Below, piece by piece: positions 35,645 to 46,955 of a DNA stretch of 64,000 bases. Each line of letters opens with the position of its first letter. The first letter of the stretch is position 1. A program made the position numbers and the translations under genes. The stretch comes from Felis catus. Taxonomy: Eukaryota. The stretch is taken from positions 145,950,001-146,014,000 of the forward strand of contig NC_058368.1 in assembly GCF_018350175.1 (NCBI RefSeq). Direction: 5' to 3'. The notes beneath the pieces are model-generated. The model searched no databases and was not told where the DNA came from. It saw only the letters and a program-made list of their open reading frames with translations.

Positions 35645-36170
35645 GTTCTGTATGTATTTATTTATGCAAGAAATATTAATGAATGCCCACTAAAGGCCAG
35701 GTAGCATGGCCAAAATGCTAACTAATACCCGTGAGCTTCTGGGGCATTCAACCTAGTGATTCACTCAGTGAATTCAATACATTAACTTAACACACACACA
35801 CCAAAAACAAGTGTGAATGGGGAAAATGCAAATGTTGGTGAACATAATGCAGGGGCGACTAACATAAATAATGAAGATAAACAAGAGTAAGCAGGTAAAG
35901 ATAGTGTTAAAGAAGAGACAGGTCCCAGGCAAAGAGAACATGTGTAAAAGATGAAGCTAGAGAAAGCAAGCAGTTAAATGAAAACACTCAAAAATTAGAG
36001 CAAACTGGAACTTGGGTGCAAAGAGGGTTAGTGATAGGGTGACACTGGGCAGATGAATAGGCGGATTGCGCCTCAGTGGGTTTAGGAGCCATGTGAAAGA
36101 GTTTAAACTTTGTCTTAGGAAGAGGGAAGAGTTAAAACAAGTCAATCACATGGTCATATATTCTTTTTTT
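35645..36170 (-). mobile_element. L2 LINE fragment (continues at ~43634-43710 beyond the L1)
   Basis: aaatattaatgaatgcccactaaaggccagg..ccaggcaaagagaacatgtgtaaa..gccatgtgaaagagtttaaactttgtctt. Confidence 0.65.
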
Positions 36171-36175
36171 TTAAG

Positions 36176-36362
36176 ATGTGCCTGTTAAACTTAGGAAGGC
36201 ATAAGAATCATCCCGAGAGCTTTGTAAAGTACAGTTTCTTAGGGTCTACTACAGACAGTATGAACAGTAGGCCTGCAATGGGGCTTGAGAATTTGCATTT
36301 CTCATAAGCTCCTAGGTGATGTGGATGCTCCTGGTCTGGAGACCACACCCTAAGCAGTACTG
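36176..36362. mobile_element. MER5-type hAT-Charlie transposon
   Basis: gcataagaatcatcccgagagctttgtaaa..ggggcttgagaatttgcatttctcataagctcctaggtgatg..ctggtctggagaccacac. Confidence 0.75.
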
Positions 36363-36610
36363 TCTTTTTTTTTTTTAATTTAATTTTTTAATTTCTTAAA
36401 ATTTACATCCAAATTAGCATATAGTGCAACAATAATTTCAGGAGTAGATTCCTTAGTGCCCCTTACCCATTTAGCCCACCCCCCCTCCCACAACCCCTTC
36501 AATAACCCTCAGTTTGTTCTCCATATTTATGAGTCTTTTCCATTTTGTCCCCCTCCCTGTTTTTGTATTATTTTTGTTTCCCTTCCTTTATGTTCATCTG
36601 TTTTTGTCTC

Positions 36611-36757
36611 TTAAAGTCCTCACATGAGTGAAGTCATATGATTTTTGTCTTTCTCTGACTGACTAATTTCACTTAGCATAATACCCTCCAGTTCCATCTA
36701 CATTGTTGCAAATGGCAAGATTTCATTCTTTTTGATTGCCAAGTAATATTCCATTAT

Positions 36758-36835
<78 letters not shown>

Positions 36836-39800
36836 CACATCTTCTTTATCCATTCATCCGTTGATGGATATTTGGGCTCTTTCCATACTTTGGCTATTGT
36901 TGATAGTGCTGCTATAAACATGGGGGTGCATGTGTCCCTTCGAAACAGCACACCTGTATCCCTTGGATAAATGCCTAGTAGTACAATTGCTGGGTCGTAG
37001 GGTAGTTCTATTTTTAGTTTTTTGAGGAACCTTTGTACTGTTTTCCAGAGTGGCTGCACCAGCTTGCATTGCCACCAACACTGCAAAGGAGATCCTCTTT
37101 CTCCACATCCTCGCCAACATCTATTGTTGCCTCAATTGTTAATGTTAGCCATTCTGACAGGTGTAAGGTGGTATCTCATGGTAGTTTTGATTTGTATTTC
37201 CCTGATGATGAGTGATGTGGAGCATTTTTTCATGTCGGTTGGCCATCTGAATGTCTTCTTTGGAGAAGTGTCTCTATTCATGTCTTTTGCCCATTTCTTC
37301 ACTGGATTATTTTGGGGGGGGGGTTGAGTTTGATAAGTTCTTTATAGATTTTGGATACTAACACTTTATCTGATAATGTCATTTGCAGATATCTTCTCCC
37401 ATTCTGTTGGTTACCTTTTAGTTTTGCTGATTGTTTCCTTCACTGTGCAGAAGCTTTTTATTTTGGTGAGTTCCCAGTAGCTCATTTTTGCTCTTGTTTC
37501 CCTTGCCTCTAGAGACGTGTTGAGTAAGAAATTCCTGCGGCCAAGATGAAAGATTTTTGCCTGCTTTCTCCTTGAGAATTTTGATGGCTTCCTGTCTTAC
37601 ATTGAGGTCTTTCATCCATTTTGAGTTTCTTTTTGTGTATGGTGAAGAAAGTGGTCCAGGTTCATTCTTCTACATGTCACTGTCCAGGTTTCCCAGCACT
37701 GCTTACTGAAGAGACTGTCTTTATTCCATTGGATATTCTTTCCTGCTTTGTCAAAGATTAGTTGGCCATACGTTTGTGGGTCCATTTATGGGTTCTCTAT
37801 TCTGTTCCATTGATCTGAGTGTCTGTTCTTGTGCCAGTACCATACTGTCTTGATGGTTACAGCTTTGTAGTATAGCTTGAAGTCTAGGATTGTGATGCCT
37901 CCTGCTTTGGTTTTCTTTTGAAGATTGCTTTGGCTATTCAGAGTCTTTTCTGGTTCCATACAAATTTTAGGATTATTTGTTCTAGCTCTGTGAAGAATGC
38001 TGGTGTTATTTTTATAGGGTTCGTGTTGAATATGTAGATTGCTTTGGGTAGTATCAACATTTTAACAATATTTCTTCTTCCTATCCAGGAGCATGGAATC
38101 TTTTTCCATTTTTTTGTGTCTTCTTCAGTTCCTTTCATAAGCTTTCTATAATTTTCAGCGTATAGATTTTTCACCTCTTTGGTTAGATTTATTCCTAGGT
38201 ATTTTATGGTTTTAAGTGCAACTGTAAATGGGATCGATTCCTTGATTTGTCTTTCTGTCACTTCTTCATTGTTGGTGTATAGGAATGCAACCGATTTCTG
38301 TGTGTTGATTTTATATCATGCAACTGCTGAATTCATGAATCAGTTCTAGCAGTCTTTTGGTGGAATCTTTGGGTTTTCCATATAGAGTATCATGTCATCT
38401 ACAAAGAATGAACGTTTGACCTCCTCTTGGATGATTTGGATACCTTTTATTTCTCTGTGTTGTCTGATTGCAGAGGTTAAGACTTCCAATACTATGTTGA
38501 ATAACTGTGGCGAGAGTGGACATCCTGTCTTGTTCCTGACGTTAGGGGGAAAGCTGTCAGTTTTTCCCCATTAAGGATGATATTAGTGTTGGGTCACTCA
38601 TATATGGCTTTTATCATCTCGAGGTATGATCCTTCTATCCTTACTATCTTGAGTGTTTTTATCAAGAAAGGATGCTATATTTTCTCAAATGCTTTCTCTC
38701 CATCTATTGAGAGGATCATATGGTTCTTGTCCTTTCTTTTATTGATGTGATGAATCACGTTAATTGTTTTGCAGATATTGAACCAGCCCTGCATCCCAGG
38801 TATAAATCCCATTTAGTCGTGGTGAATAATTTTTTAATGTGTTGTTGGATCTGGTTGGCTAATATCTTGTTGAGGATTTTTGCATCCATGTTCATCAGGG
38901 AAATTGGTCTATAGTTCTTCATTTTAGTGGGGTCTCTGTTTGGTTTTGGAATCAAGGTAATTCTGGCTTCATAGAAAGAGTTTGGAAGTTTACCTATCAT
39001 TTCTATTTTTTGGAACAGTTTCAAGAGAATAGGGGTTAGCTCTTCCTTAAATGTTTGGTAGAATTCCCCTGGAAGGCCATCTGGCCCTGGACTCTTGTTT
39101 TGTGGCAGATTGTTGATTACTAATTTGATTTCCTTACTGGTTATGGGTCTGTTCAAATTTTCTATTCCTTCCTGTTTCCGTTTTGGTAGTGTATATGTTT
39201 CTAGGAAATTGTGCATTTCTTCCAGATTGCCCATTTTATTGGCATAAAATTGCTCATAATATTCTCTTATTATTTTTATTTCTGTTGTGTTGGTTGTGAT
39301 TTCTCCTCTTTCATTCTTGATTTTACTTATTTGGGTCCTTTCCTTTTCCTTCTTGATCAAACTGGCCAATGGTTTATCAATTTTGTTCATTCTTTCCAAG
39401 AACCAGCTTCTGGTTTCATTGATCTGTTCTACTGTTTTTTTGGTTTTGATAGCATTAATTTCTGCTCTAATCTTTATTATTTCCTGCCTTATGCTGGTTT
39501 GGAGTTTTATTTGCTGTTCTTTTTCCAGCTCCTTAAGGCATAAGGTTAGGTTGTGTGTATGAGATCTTTCTTCCTTCTTTAGGAAGGCCTGGATTGCTAT
39601 ATACTTACCTCTTATGACTGCCTTTGCTGTGTCCCAGAAGTTTTGGGTTGTGGTGCTATCATTTTCATTGACTTCCATATACTTTTTAATTTTTTCTTTA
39701 ACTTCTTGGTTAGCCCATTCATTCTTTAGTAGGATGTTCTTCAGTCTCCAAGTTTTTGTTACCTTTCCAAATTTTTTTCTTGGGGTTGAATTCGAGTTTC

Positions 39801-40493
39801 ATAGCATCGTGGTCTGAAAATATGCACAGTATGATTTTGATCTTTTTGTACTTACTTAGGGCTGATTTGTGTCCCAGTATATGGTCTATTCTGGAGAACG
39901 TTCCATGTGCACTGGAGAAGAATGTATATTCTATTGCTTTAGGATGAAATGTACTGAATATATCTGTTAAGTCCATCTGGTCCAATGTATCATTCAAAGC
40001 CATTGTTTCCTTGTTGATTTTTTGATTAGATGATCTGTCCATTGCTGTGAGTGGGGTGTTGAAGTCTCCTACTATTATGGTATTACTATCAATGATTTTC
40101 TTTATGTTTGTGATTAATTGATTTATATATTTGGGTGCTATCACATTTGGTGCATAAATGTTTACAATTGTTAGGTCTTCTTGGTGGATAAACCCCTTGA
40201 TTATGATATAATGCCCTTCCGCGTCTCTTGATACAGTCTTTATTTTAAAGTCTAGATTGTCTGATAATTATGGCTAGTCAGGCTTTCTTTTGTTGACCAT
40301 TAGCATGATAGATGGTTCTCCATCCCCTTATTTTCAATCTGTAGGTGTCTTTAGGTCTAAAGTAGGTCTCTTGTAAACAGCATATAGATGGGTCTTGTTT
40401 TCTTATCCATTCTGTTACCCTATGTCTTTTGATTGGAGCATTGAGTACTTGGACGTTTTGAGTGAGTACTGAAAGATATGAATTTATTGCCAT
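36611..40493 (-). pseudogene. L1 ORF2 (endonuclease / reverse transcriptase), fragmented
   Basis: ORF pieces [86 protein letters not shown] motif reads FVDD at 38405-38394; multiple frameshifts and stops; (CA)(TA) expansion at 36758-36834. Confidence 0.95.
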
Positions 40494-40561
40494 TATGATG
40501 CTTGTAGAGTTGGAGTTTCTGGTGGTGTTCTCTGGTCCTTTCCAATCTTTGTTGCTTTTGG

Positions 40562-40571
40562 TATCTGTCTG

Positions 40572-40612
<41 letters not shown>
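40562..40612. repeat. (TCTG)/(TCTA)n tetranucleotide repeat inside the L1 at the ORF1/ORF2 junction
   Basis: Seen directly. Confidence 0.9.
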
Positions 40613-40629
40613 ATTTTTTTCATCTTTTC

Positions 40630-41519
40630 TTCCCTCAGAGAGTCCCCCCTTAAAATTTCTTGCGGAGCTGGTTTAGTGGTCACAAACTCCTTTAACTTTT
40701 GTTTGTCTGGGAAACTTTTTATCTCTCCTTCTATTTTGAATGACAGCCTTGCTGGATAAAGAATTCTTGGCTGCATATTTTTCTGATTCAGCACACCGAA
40801 TATATCCCACCACTCCTTACTGGCCTGCCAAGTTTCTGTGGATACGTCTGCTGCAAACCTGATCTGTCTTCCCTTGTTGGTTAGGGACTTTTTTTCCCTT
40901 GCTGCTTTCATGATTCTCTCCTTGCCTGAGTATTTTGTGAGTTTGACTATGATATGCCTTGTTGATGGTCGGTTTTTGTGGAATCTAATGGCAGTCCTCT
41001 GTGTTTCCTGAATTTTGATGTCTGTGTCTTTCCCCGGGTTAGGAAAGTTTTCCACCATGATTTGCTCACATAACCCTTCTACCCCTATTTCTCTCTCTTC
41101 CTCCTCTGGGACCCCTATGATCCTGATGTTGTTCCTTTTTAATGAGTCACTGATTTCTCTAATTCTTAAATTGTGCTCTTTTGCCTTAATCTCCCTCTTT
41201 TTTTTTCTGCTTCGTTATTCTCTATAAGTTTGTCCTCTCTATCGCTGATTCTCTGTTCTGCCTCATCCATCCTTGCTGCCACTGCATCCATCCATGATTG
41301 CAGCTCAGTTATAGCATTTTTAATTTCATTCTGGCTATTTTTTACTTCTTTTATCTCTACAGAAAGGGATTCTAATCTGTTTTCCACCCCAGCTAGTATT
41401 CTTATTATCGTGATTCTAAATTCTGGTTCAGACATCTTTCTTGTATCTGTATTGGTTAAATCCCTGGCTGTCATTTCTTCCTGCTGTTTCTTTTGGGGTG
41501 AATTCCTTCGTTTTGTCAT
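40630..41519 (-). pseudogene. L1 ORF1 (RNA-binding protein), frameshifted
   Basis: MTKRRNSPQKKQQEE..RMDEAEQRISD (41519) and ENFPN..RHIIVKL..ILYPARLSF..KLKEFVTTKP in different frames; break near the T-run at ~41200. Confidence 0.92.
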
Positions 41520-41717
41520 TTTGAAGGGAGAAAAGGAATTAATGAGGTAGAAACATTGAAATTAAAAAATATTAAAAATTAAAAATACACACTTAATAAT
41601 CAAATAGATGATGCTAGATCCTAGGTGTGTTTTGGTCTGAGTGTCGAAAGTTGTTTGACAGATTAGAGAAACAAACCAAAAAAAAAAAAAAGGAGGGAGA
41701 GAAAAAAAAGGAAATTA

Positions 41718-42360
41718 TTTGAGAATTTGGAAAAATGAATACACTAAAGTACACTAAAATACACAAAAGTAGAGAATATAGTAGAAAAAAATTATAGAAA
41801 AATATTTTAATAAAAATTAAAAAGAAATATGAATATTTTTGTTTTCTGTATTTAAGAAAAAAGAAATGAAAAAGAGAAAAAAGAAAAAAGAAAAGACCAA
41901 TAAAAGAAATCATTTGAAAATTTGAAAAAGTGAATACACTGTAGTAGACTGAAATAAAATGATGGGAGTAAGATAGAATTTGAAAAAATTTACATAAAAG
42001 CAAAAAATATAGTAATAAAAATTAAATAAAAATATTTTAAAAAGAAATTGAAAGTAAAAATGAAGTTTTTCTCTTTCTGCATTCAAGCAAAAGGAAAGAA
42101 ATGAAAAAGAGAAAAAAAGAAAAAGAAAGAAAATTGTTTGAAAATTTGAAAAGGTGAGTACACTGAAGTGGACTAAAATAAAATTATGAAAGTAAAGTAG
42201 AATTTGAAAAAATTTACACAAAAGTAAAAAATATAATAATAAAAATTAAAGATAGATATTTTTAATAAAAATTGAAAATAAAAATGAGTTTTTTCTCTTT
42301 CTGTATTCAAGAAAAAGAAAAGAATTGTAAAAGAGAAAAAGGAAAAAGAGAGAAAAAAAA
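41718..42360. repeat. Three A-rich tandem units (~195-224 bp) in the L1 5'UTR
   Basis: tttga(g/a)aatttg..tga(a/g)tacact recurs at 41718, 41913 and 42137. Confidence 0.85.
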
Positions 42361-43715
42361 TTGAGTAGATGAACCTGCTAACAGATTTAAGTAGGATTGA
42401 AATTGCTTTGTTTTCCCCTAGAGGTCAGTCCATGTAGCTCTTTATAGTCTATAAATTTAGCGGGCAGTGAGGTTTGTGTTCTCAAAGAGCCAAGTTGGCC
42501 CAGTTGTGCAGGGCTCGGTGTAACAGCTCCTCTCTCCCCTAGCTGGCGCTGCTAGCCCACTGGGGTGGATTGTTGCAGTGCTCGTAGGTGCGCGTGCGCA
42601 TGCACATGCGCAGGACTGGTGAAAAAACGGTGCCACCCAGCCACCCAGTCTGTTCTCCCGGATCAGCAGTCGCGCACCGGTCCTCCGTCTTCAGCTCTCG
42701 TCCACTCCCAGCTTTTCCACTATCTGTGACCAGGCCCCAGGCAGTACCTCTCTCCCAAGTTTTGTCTCAGATGAGGCTGTTTTCCCCGGCCCCTTACTTC
42801 CGAAGGACTGCAGCTTTGACCCGCTCCGCCCCTCTGCAGGAGGGTCTCACCGAGCAATGGCCGAATGTCGGCTGCACCCAGGAACGCCCTGCTGTTGCCC
42901 CAAGATTGCGTCCAGGTGCCAGCCTGCCCCCCAAAAAATTCGCGAGACAGTAGCCTCAGCGTTTCAGAGACCATGGAAAATCACAACACACATCTGGCAC
43001 CAGGCTTCACCCTCAACAACCTTGCCCCAGCACCAGCCAATGTGGCTGCCTTGCGGGGTCTGCTGGGACCAGGTGGCTTCAACAGTCTCTACCAAATGTC
43101 CTTCCAGCAGTGGAACCACTTTTCCCCCTGTGGCCCGAGAACCTCTCGGACCCCACTCTGTTCCTGGGGATTCACCTTTGCCACCAGAGCACCGCCAGGT
43201 ATGGAGCTGCGGAGTTGGAGATTTTGCGCTCCCCTTGTTTACAGTCTTAATGGAGTTTAAATCCTCTCCTTTCTCCCTTTTTAGTTTAGTGCCTGCGGCT
43301 GTTTCCAATTTTCCAATTTCTCTCCAGCTGCTTTTGGGGTAGGGTGCTTTTCCCCGCATGCTCCTCCCCCCTCCCCAGTCTGCCTCCTCTCTCTGTTTGC
43401 AAAAGTACCTCCCTTCCTGCACCTTCTCCCTCCCCAAGTTCACCTCTCTGTGCCATGTACCTGCTGAATTCTGTGGTTCAGGTTGTGTAGATTGTTGTGT
43501 TAATCCTCCAATCCGTTTTCTAGGTGTGTAGGATGGTTTAGTGTTGGTCTGGCTGTATTCATGGACGCGAGACACACAAAAAACTTCCATGCTGTTCCGC
43601 CGTCTTGGCTCCTCCCCTGAGCTGTACTGTCTTACAACATTCACTCTTGCATTCTGCAGAACATGTTGGAAAGGACTGAGACTGAGAACAAAGAGCAGTT
43701 GTGAAAATTCGGCTT

Positions 43716-44290
43716 TTCATTCATTCATTCGTTCATTCACTTACTCAGCAAATATTTAAGCAGCATATGCAAAATTCCTTTGTAAACACAGGTGACATAG
43801 AAGTAAACAAAACAAAATCTTTTTTCATAGAGCTGATATTCTAATCAAAGGAACTGACCCAAAGCATCTAATAAATAAATAAATTATATTAATTGGTGGT
43901 GAATGCTATGAAGAAAACTGAAACAGGATAAAGGGAATAGAGACTCGTGGTGGGAGTGGGGGATGCTATTTTAAATGGGGTAGTCAAAGAAGGTCTCCCA
44001 GAAAATGTGATATGTGAGTGGAGGAGTAAGTGAAGTGAGGAAACAAGTCATAGAGGCATCAAAGGAAATGTTTTTCAGGCAGAGGATTAGCATGTGCAAA
44101 GGTCCTAAACTGGAAGCATACTTAGTGTTTTGGGGGGGAGAAATAGTAAGAATGTCGGCAAGAGTCAAGAAGGGTGAGGTGGGCATAAGAGAACGTCAGC
44201 CACGTATGAGAAGGAGGACACTTTGGTAAAGATTTTGGATTTTAGTTTGAGAGAATTTAGAGGTGATTAAAGGGATATAGGTGTACAGAA
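43716..44290 (-). mobile_element. L2a 3' end fragment
   Basis: (TTCA)n tail, cagcaaatatttaagc, tcatagagctgatattcta, ggtgaatgctatgaagaaaa, caggcagaggattagcatgtgcaaaggtcct. Confidence 0.8.
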
Positions 44291-45089
44291 GTGGTTGTTT
44301 GATGTTTGAACAGAAGGAGAATTGTTTGAAGTGGTCACTGTGAAGAACGGGGAGAAGCTGAGACAAGTGATACACTAGGGATGCTGGGCATGTAAAGGAC
44401 GGGGTGGTACATTTAGAAGTGCCGATCTATCTGGTATGATTTTCTCCAGCTGTGCTGGCACAGGTGAAGACATAGTGGCAGGGAAGGATCTAGCATCTTG
44501 CAAGACAGTTGATGTAAAGTAAAAATAAGAAGCTACAGTGATAAGTAAACTGAGCTGATCTCACCATGGAATATGACTTAATTTGTGAACTATGTGTATT
44601 ATAGATATATGTTTCTAGATGAGCCTGTTATTCAATGACCCCAATCTTCTAATCCATTAAGTGCTACAATGAGCGCTAAAAGGTTCTTCCTCAATGACAC
44701 ATTATCCAAAAGTAATTTATTTTGGGATATCACTAGAGTTTGTATTCTTGTTGAAATTTGAGTATGAGGTTTCAATATATTAAGCCCACCCATCAAGCAA
44801 AATAATGAACACATCCCTTTAGGGTTGGACTGCACAGAAGATGGAAAGAATGCAGTGCCCTCACTCTGTTCTCCAGCTTGACTAATCCTTAGTTTCCACT
44901 CCATTGAAAAACTGTAAACACCCCCCAAAGCTAAAGATCTCTAAGCTTGCTTTTAAACAGCATCCAAACAGCAGTAAGATAATGGTTCGGGTCTAAACGA
45001 AAGCAGTATCCAATTCCAAAAGAGCTAGAGAAAACAATGATCTCAACCTCACAATGCTGAGAGGCCTGTGCTAAGTAGCAGGGTGGTGG

Positions 45090-45318
45090 GATGCGGTGGT
45101 TGGTGGCTGGAGAGCAGGCTCTAGAATCACACAGTCACATTGTGGCTTCACTATGGAGAAGCCACACGGGCTTCTCCAGATCTTGATTTTTCTCATCTGT
45201 TAAAATAAAGGTAGAAATATATAGATTATAGTGTGGTTACAAATAACAGTATGTAAAAATCTGAAGCTCACAGGGTGCCTAATTCATTTTATAGTTGCAT
45301 ACATGTTAGCCATTATTC
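45090..45318 (+). mobile_element. MIR SINE
   Basis: gagagcaggctctagaatcacacag..ttctcatctgttaaaat..catgttagccattatt. Confidence 0.65.
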
Positions 45319-45704
45319 TTTCTGTTGTTCTGATTAACAAAGAAAAACTGATGAAAGAAATGAACAGGAATTTGAATGACAGAAGGCAATTGGGAGATGG
45401 ATGAATGAGGACATATATAATATCAAATTGTGAAAAAAATATTCAAAATTTATTTAACACTGTAGAACTTTAATGTAACTAATGAATATTGATTTTACTG
45501 AGAAATAGGCATCTGATATAATTTTAAGCAAAAAAAATAAAAAAAATAAGTATACAATTAATGAATACTTATAGTAGAAATTTTGGATAGCTTTACAATA
45601 AATTCAGTAAAAGAAATCACTCATAAGCCTAGCATCCAGAGGTGATCAAAATTTCAGTGTATATCCTTTAAGCCCCTTATAAAACAAATTAAATTACATC
45701 AGTG

Positions 45705-45731
45705 TTTTTTTTAAAATGTTTATTCATTTTT

Positions 45732-45766
<35 letters not shown>

Positions 45767-45934
45767 CATGAGCAGGGGAAGGGCAGAGAGAGAGAGAAAC
45801 ACAGAATATGATATAGGCTCCAGGCTCTGAGCTGTCAGCACAATACCTGGCACCGTGCTTGAACCCATGAACTGTGAGATCATGACCTGAGCTAAAGTCG
45901 GACGCTTAACCTACTGAAACCACCCAGGCACCCC
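45705..45934 (-). mobile_element. CAN-SINE (SINEC_Fc-like)
   Basis: Reverse SINE ending ..cacccaggcacccc. Confidence 0.95.
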
Positions 45935-46254
45935 AATATGCTTTTTTAAAGTAGCATTATTTTAAATTTGAAATTAATCATGATATAAAATTATGATAAT
46001 GATTTTATAATAAGAGGTTGGATATTGTATCCACACTTCTGCCAGTGATGGATAATCCAGTTGTATATACAATTGGTTTCTTTTCTTGTTTATTCCTACT
46101 GAATTAGAAATACCTAACTCATAATGATAGGTTATTAAGTATGGCACTACTTTGTTTGTGTTTGAGGTTTTTTTCCAGAGGATTCTGGATATTCAGATGA
46201 AACAATGACCCAGAAACTATGGAGCCAAGAGGACAGTCCATTATTAAAGTGATA

Positions 46255-46955
46255 AGAGCTTGTGAGATGAGAAGGGCTCAGAGTTCGCCAACCATAGGAG
46301 AAGGTAGGTCCCCAAGAAGAAGGACCATGCAACATCATGATAAATATAGGGAAATAAATTATTTCCCCAGATTTTTCCCAAAGGAGGTGATTTATTCATA
46401 TAATTATATTCTAGGCAAAGGAGAATAGTCAGATATTTTGAGGTCTGCTGTCACAGTATCCAAGTTGACTGATACCAATGGGCATAAAGCATCAAGATGG
46501 TAAGTTGTTAACATTGAATCACTTCTACCATGGAGGGCAATGGTTCATCTTGGCTGGAATTGACACATCTTTTGAGTCAGAGTTTGTCCTATTCACAGGG
46601 CCTGATACCACTATTCAAGGGTTTATGGAGTGTTTCATCTACTGACATGGCATCCTATTATCCCATGAGACCAAGGAACCCACTTTAAAATAGAAAAGAG
46701 GAAAGAGTGGGCATATGCCTATGGAATTCACTGATCCTGTCACATACTGTAGCACCCAGAAGTTGCCAGCTTGATTAAACAATGGAATGTCTTTATATTG
46801 CTATAGCTATGGTACTAGTCTGGAGCAGTATTCTTCACTGCAGAGTATACCATGAGTCAATGAATATTGTATGATGCATTGTCACAATGGAACCAATTTA
46901 TGGTTCTGGGAATCAAGAGCCGAAGCAGGAGTATACTCACTTACCATTATGCCCA
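46255..46955 (+). mobile_element. ERVL internal remnant (gag end, protease start, integrase core)
   Basis: Manual translation ~46500-46790 gives GQWFILAGIDT..TTIQGFMECFIY*HGI..DQGTHF..EWAYAYGIH*SCHIL*HPEVASLIKQWN, matching the ERVL integrase core. Confidence 0.8.

Larger units (their letters stand above)
36367..43617 (-). mobile_element. Full-length, inactivated carnivore/feliform LINE-1 (~7.25 kb)
   Basis: 5' end GGGGAGGAGCCAAGACGGCGG (minus, from 43617), ~2.1-kb 5'UTR, ORF1 and ORF2 remnants, poly(T) on + at ~36365-36390; TSD taagcagtactgtctt (36351-36366) / tgagctgtactgtctt (43618-43633). Confidence 0.97.

Noticed and set aside
42964..43644. 226-aa minus-strand ORF across the L1 5' end
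   Set aside because: Its ATG lies outside the L1 in flanking DNA and it runs through GC-rich UTR where stops are rare; it is not an L1 protein.
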